Below are positions 35,944 to 48,738 of a stretch of DNA of 64,000 bases, one piece after another. The notes under the pieces were generated by a model. It saw only the letters and a program-made list of their open reading frames with translations, made no database searches and was not told where the DNA came from. This stretch comes from Macrostomum lignano. Its lineage: Eukaryota. The position numbers were made by a program, and so were the translations under genes. Every line of letters begins with the position of its first letter. Position 1 is the first letter of the stretch. The stretch lies in NCBI GenBank assembly GCA_002269645.1, contig NIVC01003731.1:1-64000 (forward strand). Direction: 5' to 3'.

Positions 35944-38026
35944 GCGCCAAGCTAGTAGTGTACTGATAAGCTAGTTCAGTAGCTTATACGCATTTGAACA
36001 GATTTTTTTTAAGTAGCAAACTCAAAGCCAAGTGCACACAATCAGCGGTCTTTTTAGTTGCCGATGAGGTATTAGCTTGGGGCTCCTGGGCACTGTGTGT
36101 ATCCAAGGCAAACATCTCCGTTTCCATGTAGCTCATTGCGATAAGATCGTTGATTTATAAAAGCATTGTCGGCATTTCTGCTTTGTGAGGCAAATTTTTT
36201 AAAAGCCATGTTTTCACTTTTTTTTCTACTTTCGATATCAAAATTGCCCGCTGATTGTGTTTTCCGTCTTCTCTTGAAATCGTGTATAAATAAGCTGCTA
36301 CTGATGAATGAAGCAGGTCTTTGCTAACTGAGTCAATCAAGGTGGTGGGGAGTAGCTTAAAAGGAAGAGGAAAAAAACCATTTGGTCACGCAGCATCTGC
36401 TCTAATATGGGCCATAGGTGGCGAGAGTTGCCATCGGTTGGGAATTGACTCAATTTTTTTCGGTTGGGGGGTCGCTGGGAGTCGCCGAGTTTTTCCAGTA
36501 TATATTGACCAGTGTGTTTATCTTCACCCCGTGTCTGGCGAACGAGTGCCCTGTCTATACCATAGATGCATGCAGTTTGCTCTCCATTTCTGACTATCTG
36601 TGAGCACTGGCCGGTGTCTGCTCTCTGCCTCCTTCCCACTCTTCCCAGGCCTAATGCTGAGCAGAGCTTTGCTGGAACGTAGTAGAGGAAATTAATTTCC
36701 CCACTAAATAAGTTGACCGATACGCGTGGCCAGTGGCCCCCCGCCAGCCTCACCTCAGACCTCATCCCCCCCCTGTTCTCTGTCTCTGCTGATCCCCCCG
36801 GTAGTCCGGGGCCGCCCAGTTACCTAAGCTATAGATACAAAACTGCGATGGATTGTGTACAATTGGCTCATCGCTGTATTGATACTGCCAGTAGACTACT
36901 GGGAGTAATAGAGCTTAGAGGAGGGGAAGGGAGTGAGGCTGGGAATCATGATGATGAAGGGGGTGGGTGAAGGGGGAATTGTCGCATTGAAATCCCGCTA
37001 TACTTGCTGCGGACAAAGCGATAGGCTTAGCCGAGGAGAAATGAGAAGCAGAGCAGTATAGGAGCCATACAGTTAAACTAGAGACTGCTAAACCCAAGAC
37101 AAGGCGAGTGATAGTGGGTGTTGGCAGTCCAGGTGAGAAATGATGGGGTAGTTGGAAAGAACAATTTGGTCCATGGCACCAGCTCCAGGTTGCTGACGGG
37201 CCTGGGTTGGTTGGTTGCTGCTTCTTGGCAGCGCTTTTGTCCTTCATATTTCTGCCTACCTGTCCCACCCTCTTTGCTTTTTCTTTTCGTCTCCCGCACC
37301 CTTGTCCGTTTCCCCCTCCCTTATCGCCAGTCGCCTTCCTTCACGCCAGAGAGAGAGAAAGACTTTTTTAGAGGGAGGGGTTTTCCAATTTTTAACACGC
37401 GGCAGCTGCAGCTTCCTCTTTGGCACTTGTGCTTGTGTTTAGCTTCATAGCCAGCCTAGCGCCACCCTTACGAGATGCTGCTGCCGACATCTCTCTCTCT
37501 TATGTGTGCATCATGCCCGTGTATGAATAGGCGCAGGTACCTGCCAACTTCTATTGTGCGGATTAAGGCTGCGTAGAGGACTCAAACGGAGATCTGGCTT
37601 GGCTAGGGTGGATGGAGAATAAGGATTCTGTGTGCTAGGCCTGGGATAGGCCAGGGGGCAACGGCCAACCATTGGCTCTGCTAGACTGGGCGAGGCTCCT
37701 GCCCTGCATTCTGCTAGGTTTTGTTTGAGTCCCGAGACCTACCTCTCGTTCCCCTGATAGCCAACCCCAGACTCAGTCCGTAGCCTTACCTCGTCGGTCT
37801 CTCGCCGCCAGCAACCCCCAGCCCTCGGGGAGAGATTATTTGACCCACTACCTAACAGGGGTGTGTGTGTGGATTACTTCGCCGTGTGCGCTAAGCTTTA
37901 AATCTGCATCAAGTCAGTCTATACAAAGCAAGCATAAACGGTCAGGAGGTTTTTCGTTGCCAAAATCGAAATTTCGGCAGTCCTATACTGCACTGTTCGA
38001 GCATGGAAACACGAGTTGAATGCTCG

Positions 38027-38040
38027 GTTACTATGGCAAC
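38027..38040. promoter_or_regulatory. RFX X-box motif GTTACTATGGCAAC
   Basis: Full match to the GTHNYY-AT-RRNAAC consensus, 182 bp upstream of the ATG at 38222. An extra half-site CATGGAAAC lies at 38002-38010. Confidence 0.6.
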
Positions 38041-38221
38041 TTGAATCTGTTCGATATTGAGAACTCGGGTGGATTCGAACTGCTGTTTACTCGCCGGTTA
38101 AGCTTCTCCCATCTCTTTTCTAATCCAAAAAGTCGCCATGCGTTCTCCTGCGAAGTTTGCCGACAGATTCTAGCCCAGGAATTGTTTAAGTTATAACAAA
38201 AACACTGGAAGCAGCGGGCCG

Positions 38222-38369
38222 ATGTTGCTTCCGCGGCCTTTATTGCAGCTCCTGCTGCCGACGTTGCTGCTGCTGCTGTTGTTGCAGTTCGGCCGCCAGG
38301 CCTCCGCAGGCGCTCTCGACAACATGGACGAGATCATATCATCCACGTCTAAGCTGATTGACAAGCTGC
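38222..38369 (+). CDS. Lar: Candidate LAR first coding exon 1b: signal peptide MLLPRPLLQLLLPTLLLLLLLQFGRQASA plus extension GALDNMDEIISSTSKLIDKL
   Basis: ATG, long hydrophobic core, A-S-A cleavage motif and donor C|GTAAGA at 38370 in phase 1, in frame with the exon at 48371. Confidence 0.65.
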
Positions 38370-39166
38370 GTAAGAGAAGCCGCTCTTAGCTGTTGATTGA
38401 TTGGGGCTGGCGGGCCGCGCCATTGGCGGGATGGGATTGAATTCTGGGCGAGTCCACTAGCGATTGTCGCCTTTCTCCTATTAGATATTTTCTATTGCTA
38501 CAAGCAAGAGTTCACAGTGGGGATAGGAGACGAGCAGAGGACTAAATTCAATCAGTTCGCTGCACAGGAAAAAGGAACTTCTACTGCTCCGTCCATTTGT
38601 TTGTTTGTTTGTTCTCTCCGGTCGTCAGCGGCAATTTTTTATGGCCGGGATTTGAGTTGAAATATTCCCCACTCCCAACCCGCGCCGTGGATGATTAGTT
38701 CGAAAGTTCGAGTAGGGTTGGGGGCTGCGTCGGGGGTTAAGGACTTCGGGACTTGCCTTTCTCTCTCTCACTCTCTCTCTCTCTCTTCATTCTTGCTACT
38801 AACATGCTGCCACCGCGATGTGAAGAGAGCCTGGCTCCCGGGGTAAAACCTTTGAAAAAATTGCTATCGTCACTCGACGAGTGAAAGGCGGAAGTGGAAG
38901 CGAAGTGGCGGCAGGGCGGCAGGCAGAGCTCGGCGAGTGCGCAGCTTATTGTATTGGGCACACAAGTGCCCTCTTGTGCCGCCCCACAAGCTCTCGGGGC
39001 TTTGGATTCTAGAGATTTTTTCTGAGTCCTCAGCCGAGATTCCCCCTCTTTTCGGTACGAGGTTGAAAGCTCAAGTTTTGAGAGCGTCAGCGTTGAGGTT
39101 AATTTCTGTGTACGCTGAGACACTGCGCAGAATGCCCTTGTTATGTCAGGAGTATTTTTCGCACAG

Positions 39167-39217
39167 CAGTAGGGAGTTCCACAGATTCGGCGGCAGAGGG
39201 GGGTGGGTTGCTGCGAG
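39167..39217 (+). CDS. Candidate 51-nt symmetric phase-1 cassette exon (PVGSSTDSAAEGGGLLR) between exon 1b and Ig1
   Basis: Acceptor gtatttttcgcacAG and donor GAG|GTGAGG; open and frame-preserving. Confidence 0.35.
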
Positions 39218-40804
39218 GTGAGGACTTGGGCTCTGGCTGCAGATAGCTAGCGCCTTTGGTAATTGAATTTTCCGGCTCTCTACTCTACACTTATACAGGC
39301 CAACCGAGCTAGAGGTCCAAAAGCGTTGCTAACCTATTTGACCCGGCCTCGCTCGCCCTTCTCCTTCTCCCCCTGGCACTTCCCTTCCCTGTAGCCAGTT
39401 TCTCAATTAATCCCCCCCCACCTCAGCCGTTGGTCCCCAGCTTTCGGCACTTTTATTATGCTGCTGTAATGCTACAATCTGCAAATAATCTGCACACACC
39501 TATAGTAGCGGTTCCAAGTCTGTTATTGCAGTCAACTTGCGCCACAGTTTCTTGGAATTTCAGTAGAAAAACACCACACCCTGTGATTTCCCCCCTCCCT
39601 CCCTCATCCCTGCCAATTTCCCTGTCCGCCCCATCCGCCTATGACTAACGGCCACTTCCCTGTCGCAGCACGCGCTCGCTCCTCTTCCCTTGGTTTCGCG
39701 CTGACTGCTCAACAACATAAGGCGCCGGGAGCTGGTTAAAAACTTGGCCAATAACGCCGCTAAATAATTCCCACGGGGGGGGGGGAGAGCAGAAGAGGAG
39801 GCGGCGAGGTGGACGGGACAAAAACCTTCATTTTCCCATTCTCATGTCTCTGCCTTCACCCGGTGTTTTTATCCTCTGATTTGAGCTCCGGGGGTCCACC
39901 GCATTGAAGAAGTTTCTCTTAAACTGATGGGGGGCCTGGGTGGTGGCGGCAAAAAATGTGTCCCCCCCTCTCTCTCTCTCTCTCTCGACCATCTGCCTCA
40001 AGTGTACCTACCCTCGGAGCCCGACTGACGGACCAAGTCGGAGGGGGGCGGGTAGGCAGCACAACAAGTGTAGCTGGCGGGCCTTCTGTGTAGATGTTTT
40101 CATACGATGAAGCAAGCAGGCTCTGCTCTCCCAGAGCGACACTTCAACTGCGAACAGTTTTTCTCCCTCCCCCCCTCTCTCTCTCTCCTTCGTTACTTTT
40201 TGACCAGATTGTTAAATTGTTTCCGTAGTTGACAGTGGAAAAAAGGGGATTAGGAGAGGGGTTTGCTTGGGAGACGTGCTCCCAACAGAATTGAATGGCT
40301 TTCAGTAGTCTGCCGACGGCTCTTTCAATTCAATTTTCCAGCCTAAACTTACTCTGTTAGCTGTTCCCCATGCTGTCCATCACATAGCCGACTTTCTTCT
40401 CTCTGGCTTTGGAAGGCGGATCGACAAAGCTGAATTGGGAGCTGCCTTAGCCCCATCAATCACTGCCAACGTGTCATCTGGGCCGGGTGAGGGCTTGCCT
40501 TCCGATGTGGCTGGGTAATTCGGCTTGTTTGAGAGAGACCTACGCTCACTGGATACATTGCCGCTGCAGGGTCGAGGTCGGATAGTGTTTGGGGGGAAAT
40601 TATAGCCTTGAAAGCAAGCAGAATTGGCAGGTTTGGCCTGCTCTCCGCCCTATGAGAAGCCAGGGAGGGAAGCAGACAAAGCAGCAGAGATGGTGAGACT
40701 GGAATAGGAGCCACTTGGCGACAGGTAAATCCAAAGCGGGGTTAGATAAGCAGGTTGGTAAATAGAAACGACGGGAACTCGGGAACTCAAGAGAACGGCG
40801 GGTT

Positions 40805-41510
40805 AGACAGGACCACCGAGATAGAGACAAGACCACGGAGATGGAGACAGGAACACCGAGATAGAGACAAGACCACGGAGATGGAGACAGGAACACCGAG
40901 ATAGAGACAAGACCACGGAGATGGAGACAGGAACACCGAGATAGAGACAAGACCACGGAGATGGAGACAGGAACACCGAGATAGAGACAGGAACACCGAG
41001 ATAGAGACAATACCACGGAGATGGAGACAGGAACACCGAGATAGAGACAGGAACACTGAGATAGAGACAGGAACACCGAGATAGAGACAGGAACACCGAG
41101 ATAGAGACAGGAACACCGAGATAGAGACAATACCACGGAGATGGAGACAGGAACACCGAGATAGAGACAGGAACATGGCGGTGTAGACAGGAAAACCGAG
41201 ACAGAGACGGGAACACCGAGATAGAGACAGGAACATGGCGGTGTAGACAGGAAAACCGAGACAGAGACAGGAACACCGAGATAGAGACAGGGATTCTGGG
41301 AGACAGACAGAGACTCTGGGATACAGACAGAGACTCTGGGATAGAGACAGGGACTCTGGGAAAGAGACAGGGACTCTGGGATAGAGACAGGGACTCTGGG
41401 AAAGAGACAGGGACTCTGGGATAGAGACAGGGACTCTGGGAAAGATACAGGGACTCTGGGAAAGAGACAGGGACTCTGGGATAGAGACAGGAACTCTGGG
41501 ATAGACAGGT
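40805..41510. repeat. Composite 20-bp minisatellite (GATAGAGACAGGAACACCGA, then GATAGAGACAGGGACTCTGG)
   Basis: Direct reading. Confidence 0.93.
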
Positions 41511-42265
41511 GAAAAGTCACAGTCAATTAGACCGAAGGAAGATAGGTAGAGGTACAAAAGCGAGGCAAGAATGCTTGATGGGAAGTTACTCCCCGCTCTC
41601 CCCTTTTCACCTGCCGGGTCAGCTCTAATGACACGAGGGATGCCTGAGCAGCTTCTTTATCAGCTTGACTCTCCCAGGCCTCCCAATCGCTTCGCCTTTT
41701 GGTCGGCTGCTCACATGCTCGCGCATTATTTTTCTCTTTATTGAAAATTGCTGCTTCTGCTGCTCATTTTCATCTGCTGCCGCTCTTGCTCTCAGCTTTA
41801 TTCGCCTCTGAACTGCCCCTGCAAGGCCCCCCTGCCGATTCCCCTTAAACCCCCGTCCCACTCTCCCTCTCTATCAAGACGCCGACTTTCTCCTTTCTAC
41901 AGGATTTCAACTGAAAGGATAGACGGAGTAGAGCAGAGTGAATGTGCGCGTATATTAGAAGTCGGCGGGTTATGATGAGGCAAAGTAGAGATCTGGGGGG
42001 AGAGGGAAGCTTATTGCCGCAGCGCTACCATTTAGAGTGCTAGCAATAATATGCCAAAGCTAGGAAGCTGGGACAGAGTGGGTAGTTGACTTACTGACAG
42101 ATCATACGCCCGTATTGCTTGTATTGGAGTCTCCGGTTGTCCCAAAAACTGGAGCCTTGCATGAACCACTTGTTCTCCCATATAGTGCAGTGTGTCTGAT
42201 CAGTTTTTTAGCTTAGTTTTATAACCAATGCTACTCGTAAATCTACTCACGATTCACAGCTTCGG

Positions 42266-42490
42266 GGCCAACCCCCAAGGGACAGAGAGTGTACATGTGT
42301 GACGATTAGAAAGTCAGGGCTGATGTACACCCTGTGTGAGCGTGTGCATGAGTGCTGTGCCTGCGTACATAATTGGGGCGCTTGAGTTAGCGGAATGTGC
42401 AGAATTGCCTCAGCGCAGGTAGTGGGACCATGTCGCCGAAGGCGTTGCGCCAAGGTGTCACCTCCGAATACTATTATTATTACTATTTAA
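42266..42490 (+). mobile_element. SINE family 2, 5'-truncated copy with (TTA)n tail
   Basis: Aligns with 4230-4440, 7888-8075 and 24829-24935; ends tactattattattact. Confidence 0.75.
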
Positions 42491-45119
42491 TTCCACTCCA
42501 ATAGCGTTAAACTTGCTCTATAGAGTCAAATTGGGCACCTTATCCCCCGATACCGATGGATGAAGATGCTTAGAGACCCTTAGAGACTGGAACGATGAGT
42601 CACACACAGCTCGGGAGAGGGGGGGGGCAGCGCTGAAATCGAACAGATTTTCTCGCGTCTCGGTTTGACAAGGCCGAGTTTGGAGCGTAACCTGAGCTGC
42701 TTCCTTGAGCTGCTGCTGCTTTGGCTGCTGCTGCTGTTTCCATTAAAGCAACTCCCCGATTGAATTTGGCCCGCAGCTAGCTGTGATGATGCAAGACTTG
42801 CGCCAATCTTACATGCTGATTTTGCTATAGTTTTCTTCACCGGGCGAGAGAAACTCAGCCGACTCTAAACAGCGGTCGGCGATGGCATGAGCAGCCCAAA
42901 CCCCATCGCTATTCCATCTTCTTATTTCTGGGGGAATTACTTTCTTCTGACCGCCTGTCAGAAGCTTAATCTGGTAGATTGAATTGCCAACTGCCGCAAG
43001 TCGAACCGGAGTTCTTGAAGTCAGAGAAATAATATTCTGCTTCATCCAGCGCCTGGTTCCGCAATAATTCATAAAGTGGCCAGCTTTCTTCCCTAGGGAG
43101 ATAACTACCAACCCCCCTTCCCCTATTTTCCTCGCAGTGTTCTATCTGGGGAGTGGGAAAACGATAGACTAGGCCACATTGTGGGCAATACACAATTTGC
43201 ATACTCAACCCCGGCGGCTTTAATCGCTTTCGCCTAATTTTTATGGTAGCTTTTCGATGCTCAGATGCTCATAGCCTCCCTATTTGATGCCCCCGGTCTC
43301 TCTCTCCCAGATTGAATTGGGCCTCCATAATTCGCCTATTAAGCTGCGCGGAATGGGATTGGAGTTTTGGGGCTGTCTGACTTGACCCCCCAACTGGTGC
43401 GCGGGATCTTTTTTTTATTAATTGCTCCCACAGGCTCCGCCAAGGCTTCTCGGTAGCTGCCGTACTAAGCAGAAACCTCTTGCAACTAGCAAACTTTCCT
43501 TCGCGATTGCCTGCCCCTCTGGCTACTCCTCTCTGCCCTCCTGTCTCTCCCTCTCTGTCTCTCCGTTTCCTTTTGCGTGGCCTTCTCAAATTCTGCATCA
43601 ATGCAACTCAAGCCCAGCCCGTGGCCGAGTGTCCAGTGTCAAGCATCGATTGCTTTCCTATTGCTTCTCTTTGAATGAATCATTTTTTGCTTCTCTTCAA
43701 CAAGGGGGGGGGGGTAGCAAAAGCTTCGTGTGTGCGCGCCCCGCTCAGATGATACGGCCAGATAGGGGCGGGTCCCGCGGCCGATTCGCAGAGGCCTCAA
43801 CACAAGCCAACAAGTGTCGCCTTTCCTTCACCTTCGCTCCCCCCCCCCCGATAGATGCCTTGGCCTAGTGCCAACCGGGTTTAATCTCTTTTTTAACATG
43901 TTTTCCATTGCAATTTCCCCTGTTTCCAATCGGCCACACACTTGACCGGGGTTGAGTAGGTTGGCTTAAATTTGAGCCGAAGCTGCGGTTAAACAAAAAT
44001 AATAATAATAATAATTCAGCGTTTTGGTCGACGGAGAGCTCCAGAGCCAATGCCGGAAGTCTGCTCTCGGATGCTGGGTCATATTTTATTGTCCAAACTG
44101 TCTGACTCGCGAGTGCCTGATTTTGCCGCCCTACCAATTGCAATTTTTTTTCATTTTTATGTTTGTTTGTATTTTCCTTCACTCAAGCGGACAGCCAACA
44201 ACCGACTTCGGTGCCGGCGGCAAAGCTGCTTGTCCAGCTTAGCCCGGCGATGATGCGGGATGAATACTATTTCATTGATTACGATAAGAGTGAGTTGAGT
44301 CCGATCGTCGAGCAGGCTATGGCCTAGTCTGTGAATAGGGAAAGTTGTAATGTGTTGTTGTGGCTGGTGGCAGCGGAGCAGCTCGTTGCCGCGCGTCCAG
44401 GTGGGGGCGCCAGAGATGCATAATTAATTAGGCAGGTCTGAGCGGCCTCGCGTGCCGACTGGATTTCGGAGCACAGACACAGAGAGGGAGGAGAAACTGT
44501 TACGAGAAGCTTCTTCGCGCTGATCGGGCGGCGCTGAAGCTCAAGGAAAACTGAGCCGCCGGTCTTACAGAGGCCGAGAGGCACAGAGTGAGAGAGTGAG
44601 AGGGGGCCACTTGATTTCCTTGGTCCAGTGCGGACCCCGTGGCGCCTGCTTGGGCTCACGCTGGAACTTCGCTTCCTCTCCAGCATCCCACGGGCCCCGC
44701 CTCATCGCTCATTTGTTCCTAGGCTGCTGGAGCGATGGAGGGAGGAAGGAAAAGGGAGGATTGTCAGATGGAATCAGGCAAATTCGAGCAAACTTATCCC
44801 ACTAGTTTTTATTCCTTAACCCGGGCTTACTCTCACTTTGAGCCTCAATGCGCCTGGGGGGATAAAAAAACTGCTCTGAACTTGAAAATCCCCAAGCCAA
44901 GAAAGAGAGAGAGAGAGAGGGGGAATGAGGTTAATTCCCGGCACTGAACTTGACAGAAAGAAAGAATAGGGAAACTTCCATGCAAAACTGCGCCCGAGTA
45001 TGCAGAGAATAAGATTACAAAATAGCTGGTGTGAAAGAAGAAAGTGCCAGCCGATGGGAACCTGCTGGATCCCAAATATCCTCTTTCCTCGGCGCCCTTC
45101 CTTCCCGCTCGCCTTTCTT

Positions 45120-45160
<41 letters not shown>

Positions 45161-45333
45161 CGCTTTTCATCTTGGCGGCCAGCCCCGCTCGGCGAAATCC
45201 GGCAGTGCTCAGCTGAAATCCTACACCTCCGCCCACTAACCCCGGCGGCGGAGGAGGAGGCGCACTGGCAAGATGCTGGCAAGGTTTTACAATCCTTCAT
45301 ACACACACACACAGCCAGCTCCATGCCCGCTAC

Positions 45334-45367
<34 letters not shown>

Positions 45368-46519
45368 CACCCCCCTCGATTGCATTGCAACCAGAGACCA
45401 ACTGGCTGAATGCAAGCTGCCGGCTGCTACTTATTCTTCATCTGCGCTTTTCTGCACCGGGAGATGGGAGCTTGCCGGGGGGATTTGGGAGGCTGGAAGC
45501 TGCTGCTGAGTAGCCGAAAAGCCAGTGCCTCTAGGAGAAGTTGAAGTGGTGCGCCTCGCCCTCCCCTTCATTCCCCGTCTGTCCCTCTCTTCTCCCGCTG
45601 CCTTCTATGCAGCTTCTTCCCCCGCCTCCCCCCAGTTTCTCCCGGTAGCGCCGCTTTTCAAACCGGGTGGGCCGTCGCCAGAAATTCTTTCACTCAGGCT
45701 CCCCCTCTCCCCTCATCATCCAAATCTGCCGGCACACTCTCTCCCTCCCGTCTGCAGCCTCATCGCGTCCTCACTTTCTACAGAATGCTAAAGAATTTTT
45801 TGCCAATGCGCAAAGTCAGGAAACAGATGCATATTTTTACAAAAAGTATAAGCCATTTAGATCATTTTGAGAGCCCGCGGTAGCGGCGCTTCGCTGCTGG
45901 ATGATGGAGAAAAAAATTTAAAAAAATGTTGAGACCAATTTTGATTGCCATCCGCTCTAGCAGGTGGGCTTCCGCCTGCGGTTGTGCAGACTGGCAAAGC
46001 TGATGTAGATAAGTGCGAATGCAGATGGTGAAATCGGAGAGTGCTCCTGGGTGTCCTTGAGTTGATTTGTTTTCTTGCCGGGCTAGATGGGAGTTGGTCT
46101 CTCCCCTTCCCTCGCCCCTATCTCGGCGCCTCCCCCCTTTCGATTTCTAACGTTATTGATATGAGCCCGCTCGCGGCCAGCTCCCAGCGCTCTGTTTGGC
46201 CTTGCGGTTGCCAGCCTCCCGCCTAGCCTATTGAATAGCCACGGCCCGCTCTGGGAGACTGCGGTCGACGGAGAGTCGGTAGCAAGATAATGACGGAGGG
46301 TGGGCGGTCGGGGAGGAGCGGAGATGTGGAAAATTTGATGTGAAAAGTTTTTGTGAGAAGTCTAGGCGGGGCCCGGCTACTTCTGATCAGTAATGTCCTT
46401 GATCACCTCAGCTTTTGCCTATTTGAACTTTTAAGCTGCCGATTATGTTCTTTTGGGGTACTGAAAAATTTGCAAATTGATTTTACCCGATGCGGTCGGA
46501 TTCTCAGGTACAGCATGGA

Positions 46520-48280
46520 ATAGATGAGAATCGATCCTGAAGTAGATGAGAATCAATCCTGAAGTAGATGAGAATCGATACTGAAGTAGATGAGAATCGA
46601 TCCTGAAGTAGATGAGAATCGATCCTGAAGTAGATGAGAATCGATCCTGAAGTAGATGAGAATCGATCCTGAAGTAGATGAGAATCGATCCTGAAGTAGA
46701 TGAGAATCGATCCTGAAGTAGATGAGAATCGATCCTGAAGTAGATAAGAATCGATCCTGAAGTAGATGAGAGTCGATTCTGAAGTAGATGAGAATCGATC
46801 CTGAAGTAGATGAGAATCGGTTCTGAAGTAGATGAGAATCGATCCTGAAGTAGATAAGAATCAATCCTGAAGTAGATGAGAATCGATCCTGAAGTAGATA
46901 AGAATCGATCCTGAAGTAGATGAGAATCGATCCTGAAGTAGATGAGAATCGATACTGAAGTAGATGAGAATCGATCCTGAAGTAGATGAGAATTGATCCT
47001 GAAGTCGATGAGAATCGATCCTGAAGTAGATGAGAATCGATCCTGAAGTAGATAAGAATCGATCCTGAAGTAGATGAGAATTGATCCTGAAGTAGATGAG
47101 AATCGATCCTGAAGTAGATGAGAATTGATCCTGAAGTAGATAAGAATCGATCCTGAAGTAGATGAGAATCGATCCTGAAGTAGATGAGAATCGATCCTGA
47201 AGTAGATAAGAATCGATCCTGAAGTAGATGAGAGTCGATTCTGAAGTAGATGAGAATCGATCCTGAAGTAGATGAGAATCGGTTCTGAAGTAGATGAGAA
47301 TCGATCCTGAAGTAGATAAGAATCAATCCTGAAGTAGATGAGAATCGATCCTGAAGTAGATAAGAATCGATCCTGAAGTAGATGAGAATCGATCCTGAAG
47401 TAGATGAGAATCGATACTGAAGTAGATGAGAATCGATCCTGAAGTAGATGAGAATTGATCCTGAAGTCGATGAGAATCGATCCTGAAGTAGATGAGAATC
47501 GATCCTGAAGTAGATAAGAATCGATCCTGAAGTAGATGAGAATTGATCCTGAAGTAGATGAGAATCGATCCTGAAGTAGATGAGAATTGATCCTGAAGTA
47601 GATAAGAATCGATCCTGAAGTAGATGAGAATCGATCCTGAAGTAGATGAGAATCGATACTGAAGTAGATGAGAATCGATCCTGAAGTAGATGAGAATTGA
47701 TCCTGAAGTCGATGAGAATCGATCCTGAAGTAGATGAGAATCGATCCTGAAGTAGATGAGAATCGATCCTGAAGTAGATGAGAATCGATCCTGAAGTAGA
47801 TAAGAATCGATCCTGAAGTAGATGAGAATCGATCCTGAAGTAGATGAGAACCGATCCTGAAGTAGATGAGAATCGATCCTGAAGTAGATGAGAACCGATC
47901 CTGAAGTAGATGAGAATCGATCCTGAAGTAGATGAGAATCGATCCTGAAGTAGATGAGAATCGATCCTGAAGTAGATGAGAATCGATCCTGAAGTAGATG
48001 AGAATCGATCCTGAAGTAGATGAGAATCGATCCTGAAGTAGATAAGAATCGATCCTGAAGTAGATGAGAGTCGATTCTGAAGTAGATGAGAATCGATCCT
48101 GAAGTAGATGAGAATCGGTTCTGAAGTAGATGAGAATCGATCCTGAAGTAGATAAGAATCAATCCTGAAGTAGATGAGAATCGATCCTGAAGTAGATGAG
48201 AATCGATCCTGAAGTAGATGAGAATCAATCCTGAAGTAGATGAGAATATATCCTTAGATAGATGAGATTCGATCCTAAGG
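46520..48280. repeat. 22-bp satellite (GATCCTGAAGTAGATGAGAATC), about 80 copies with nested duplications
   Basis: Direct reading; it explains the 257-aa and 301-aa minus-strand ORFs with 22-aa periodicity. Confidence 0.97.
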
Positions 48281-48370
48281 TATCAGATGAGGATATCCGG
48301 ACTTCGTTCACTGAATGCTAAGAATGTCACAATCACAATGTCCCTGTCACCTGACTAACGCACATTGCAG

Positions 48371-48676
48371 AGGAGGCGCGGATCACCCAGGGTCCGGAGA
48401 CAATCACCGTGCTGGACAACACCGCGGCCCTCTTCATCTGCCGCGCCGAGGGCAGCCCCGCACCTGAGATCGAATGGCTGGTGAACAATCGCCGCGTCAC
48501 GCCCAGGCTGCCTAGGTACTTCTCATTCGCCATCTCGTTTGGCAAGGTGCTGCGCGCCGAGCTGGTTCGAGCCAGCGAAGACAACAACACCCTCATCGCC
48601 TGCGTAGCCAAGAACGCCGTCTCGTCCAGGTCTGTCACCCAGACAGCCAGGCTCTACGTGTATCCCAAAGCGTCAG
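48371..48676 (+). CDS. Lar: LAR-type receptor protein tyrosine phosphatase, Ig domain 1 exon (EARITQGPETITVLDNTAALFICRAEGSPAPEIEWLVN...IACVAKN...ARLYVYPKAS)
   Basis: Ig I-set C-W-C pattern matching LAR Ig1 (ASFxCxAxGxPxPxIxW). Branch point ACTAAC, acceptor cacattgcAG at 48369-48370, donor G|GTAAGA at 48677. 306 nt, phase 1-1. Confidence 0.92.
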
Positions 48677-48738
48677 GTAAGATTTCTGCTTGATTGATAG
48701 AATTTTTAACAGTTTGGGAAGTTGAAGCTTTCGAGTAG

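Noticed and set aside
38300-38369. TSKLIDKL resembles the N-terminal helix of Cys-loop channels (GABA-A/GlyR/GluCl)
   Set aside because: No downstream YDxxxRP or Cys-loop exon was found, and the exon joins in frame to LAR Ig1, which is more parsimonious.
46495-46513. AG|GT recursive-splice-like sites (46506, 25061, 63865)
   Set aside because: Polypyrimidine tracts and donors are only moderate; such juxtapositions are expected by chance.
46553-48228. 257-aa and 301-aa minus-strand ORFs with 22-aa repeats
   Set aside because: Three 22-bp monomers give 22 aa; this is satellite, not protein.
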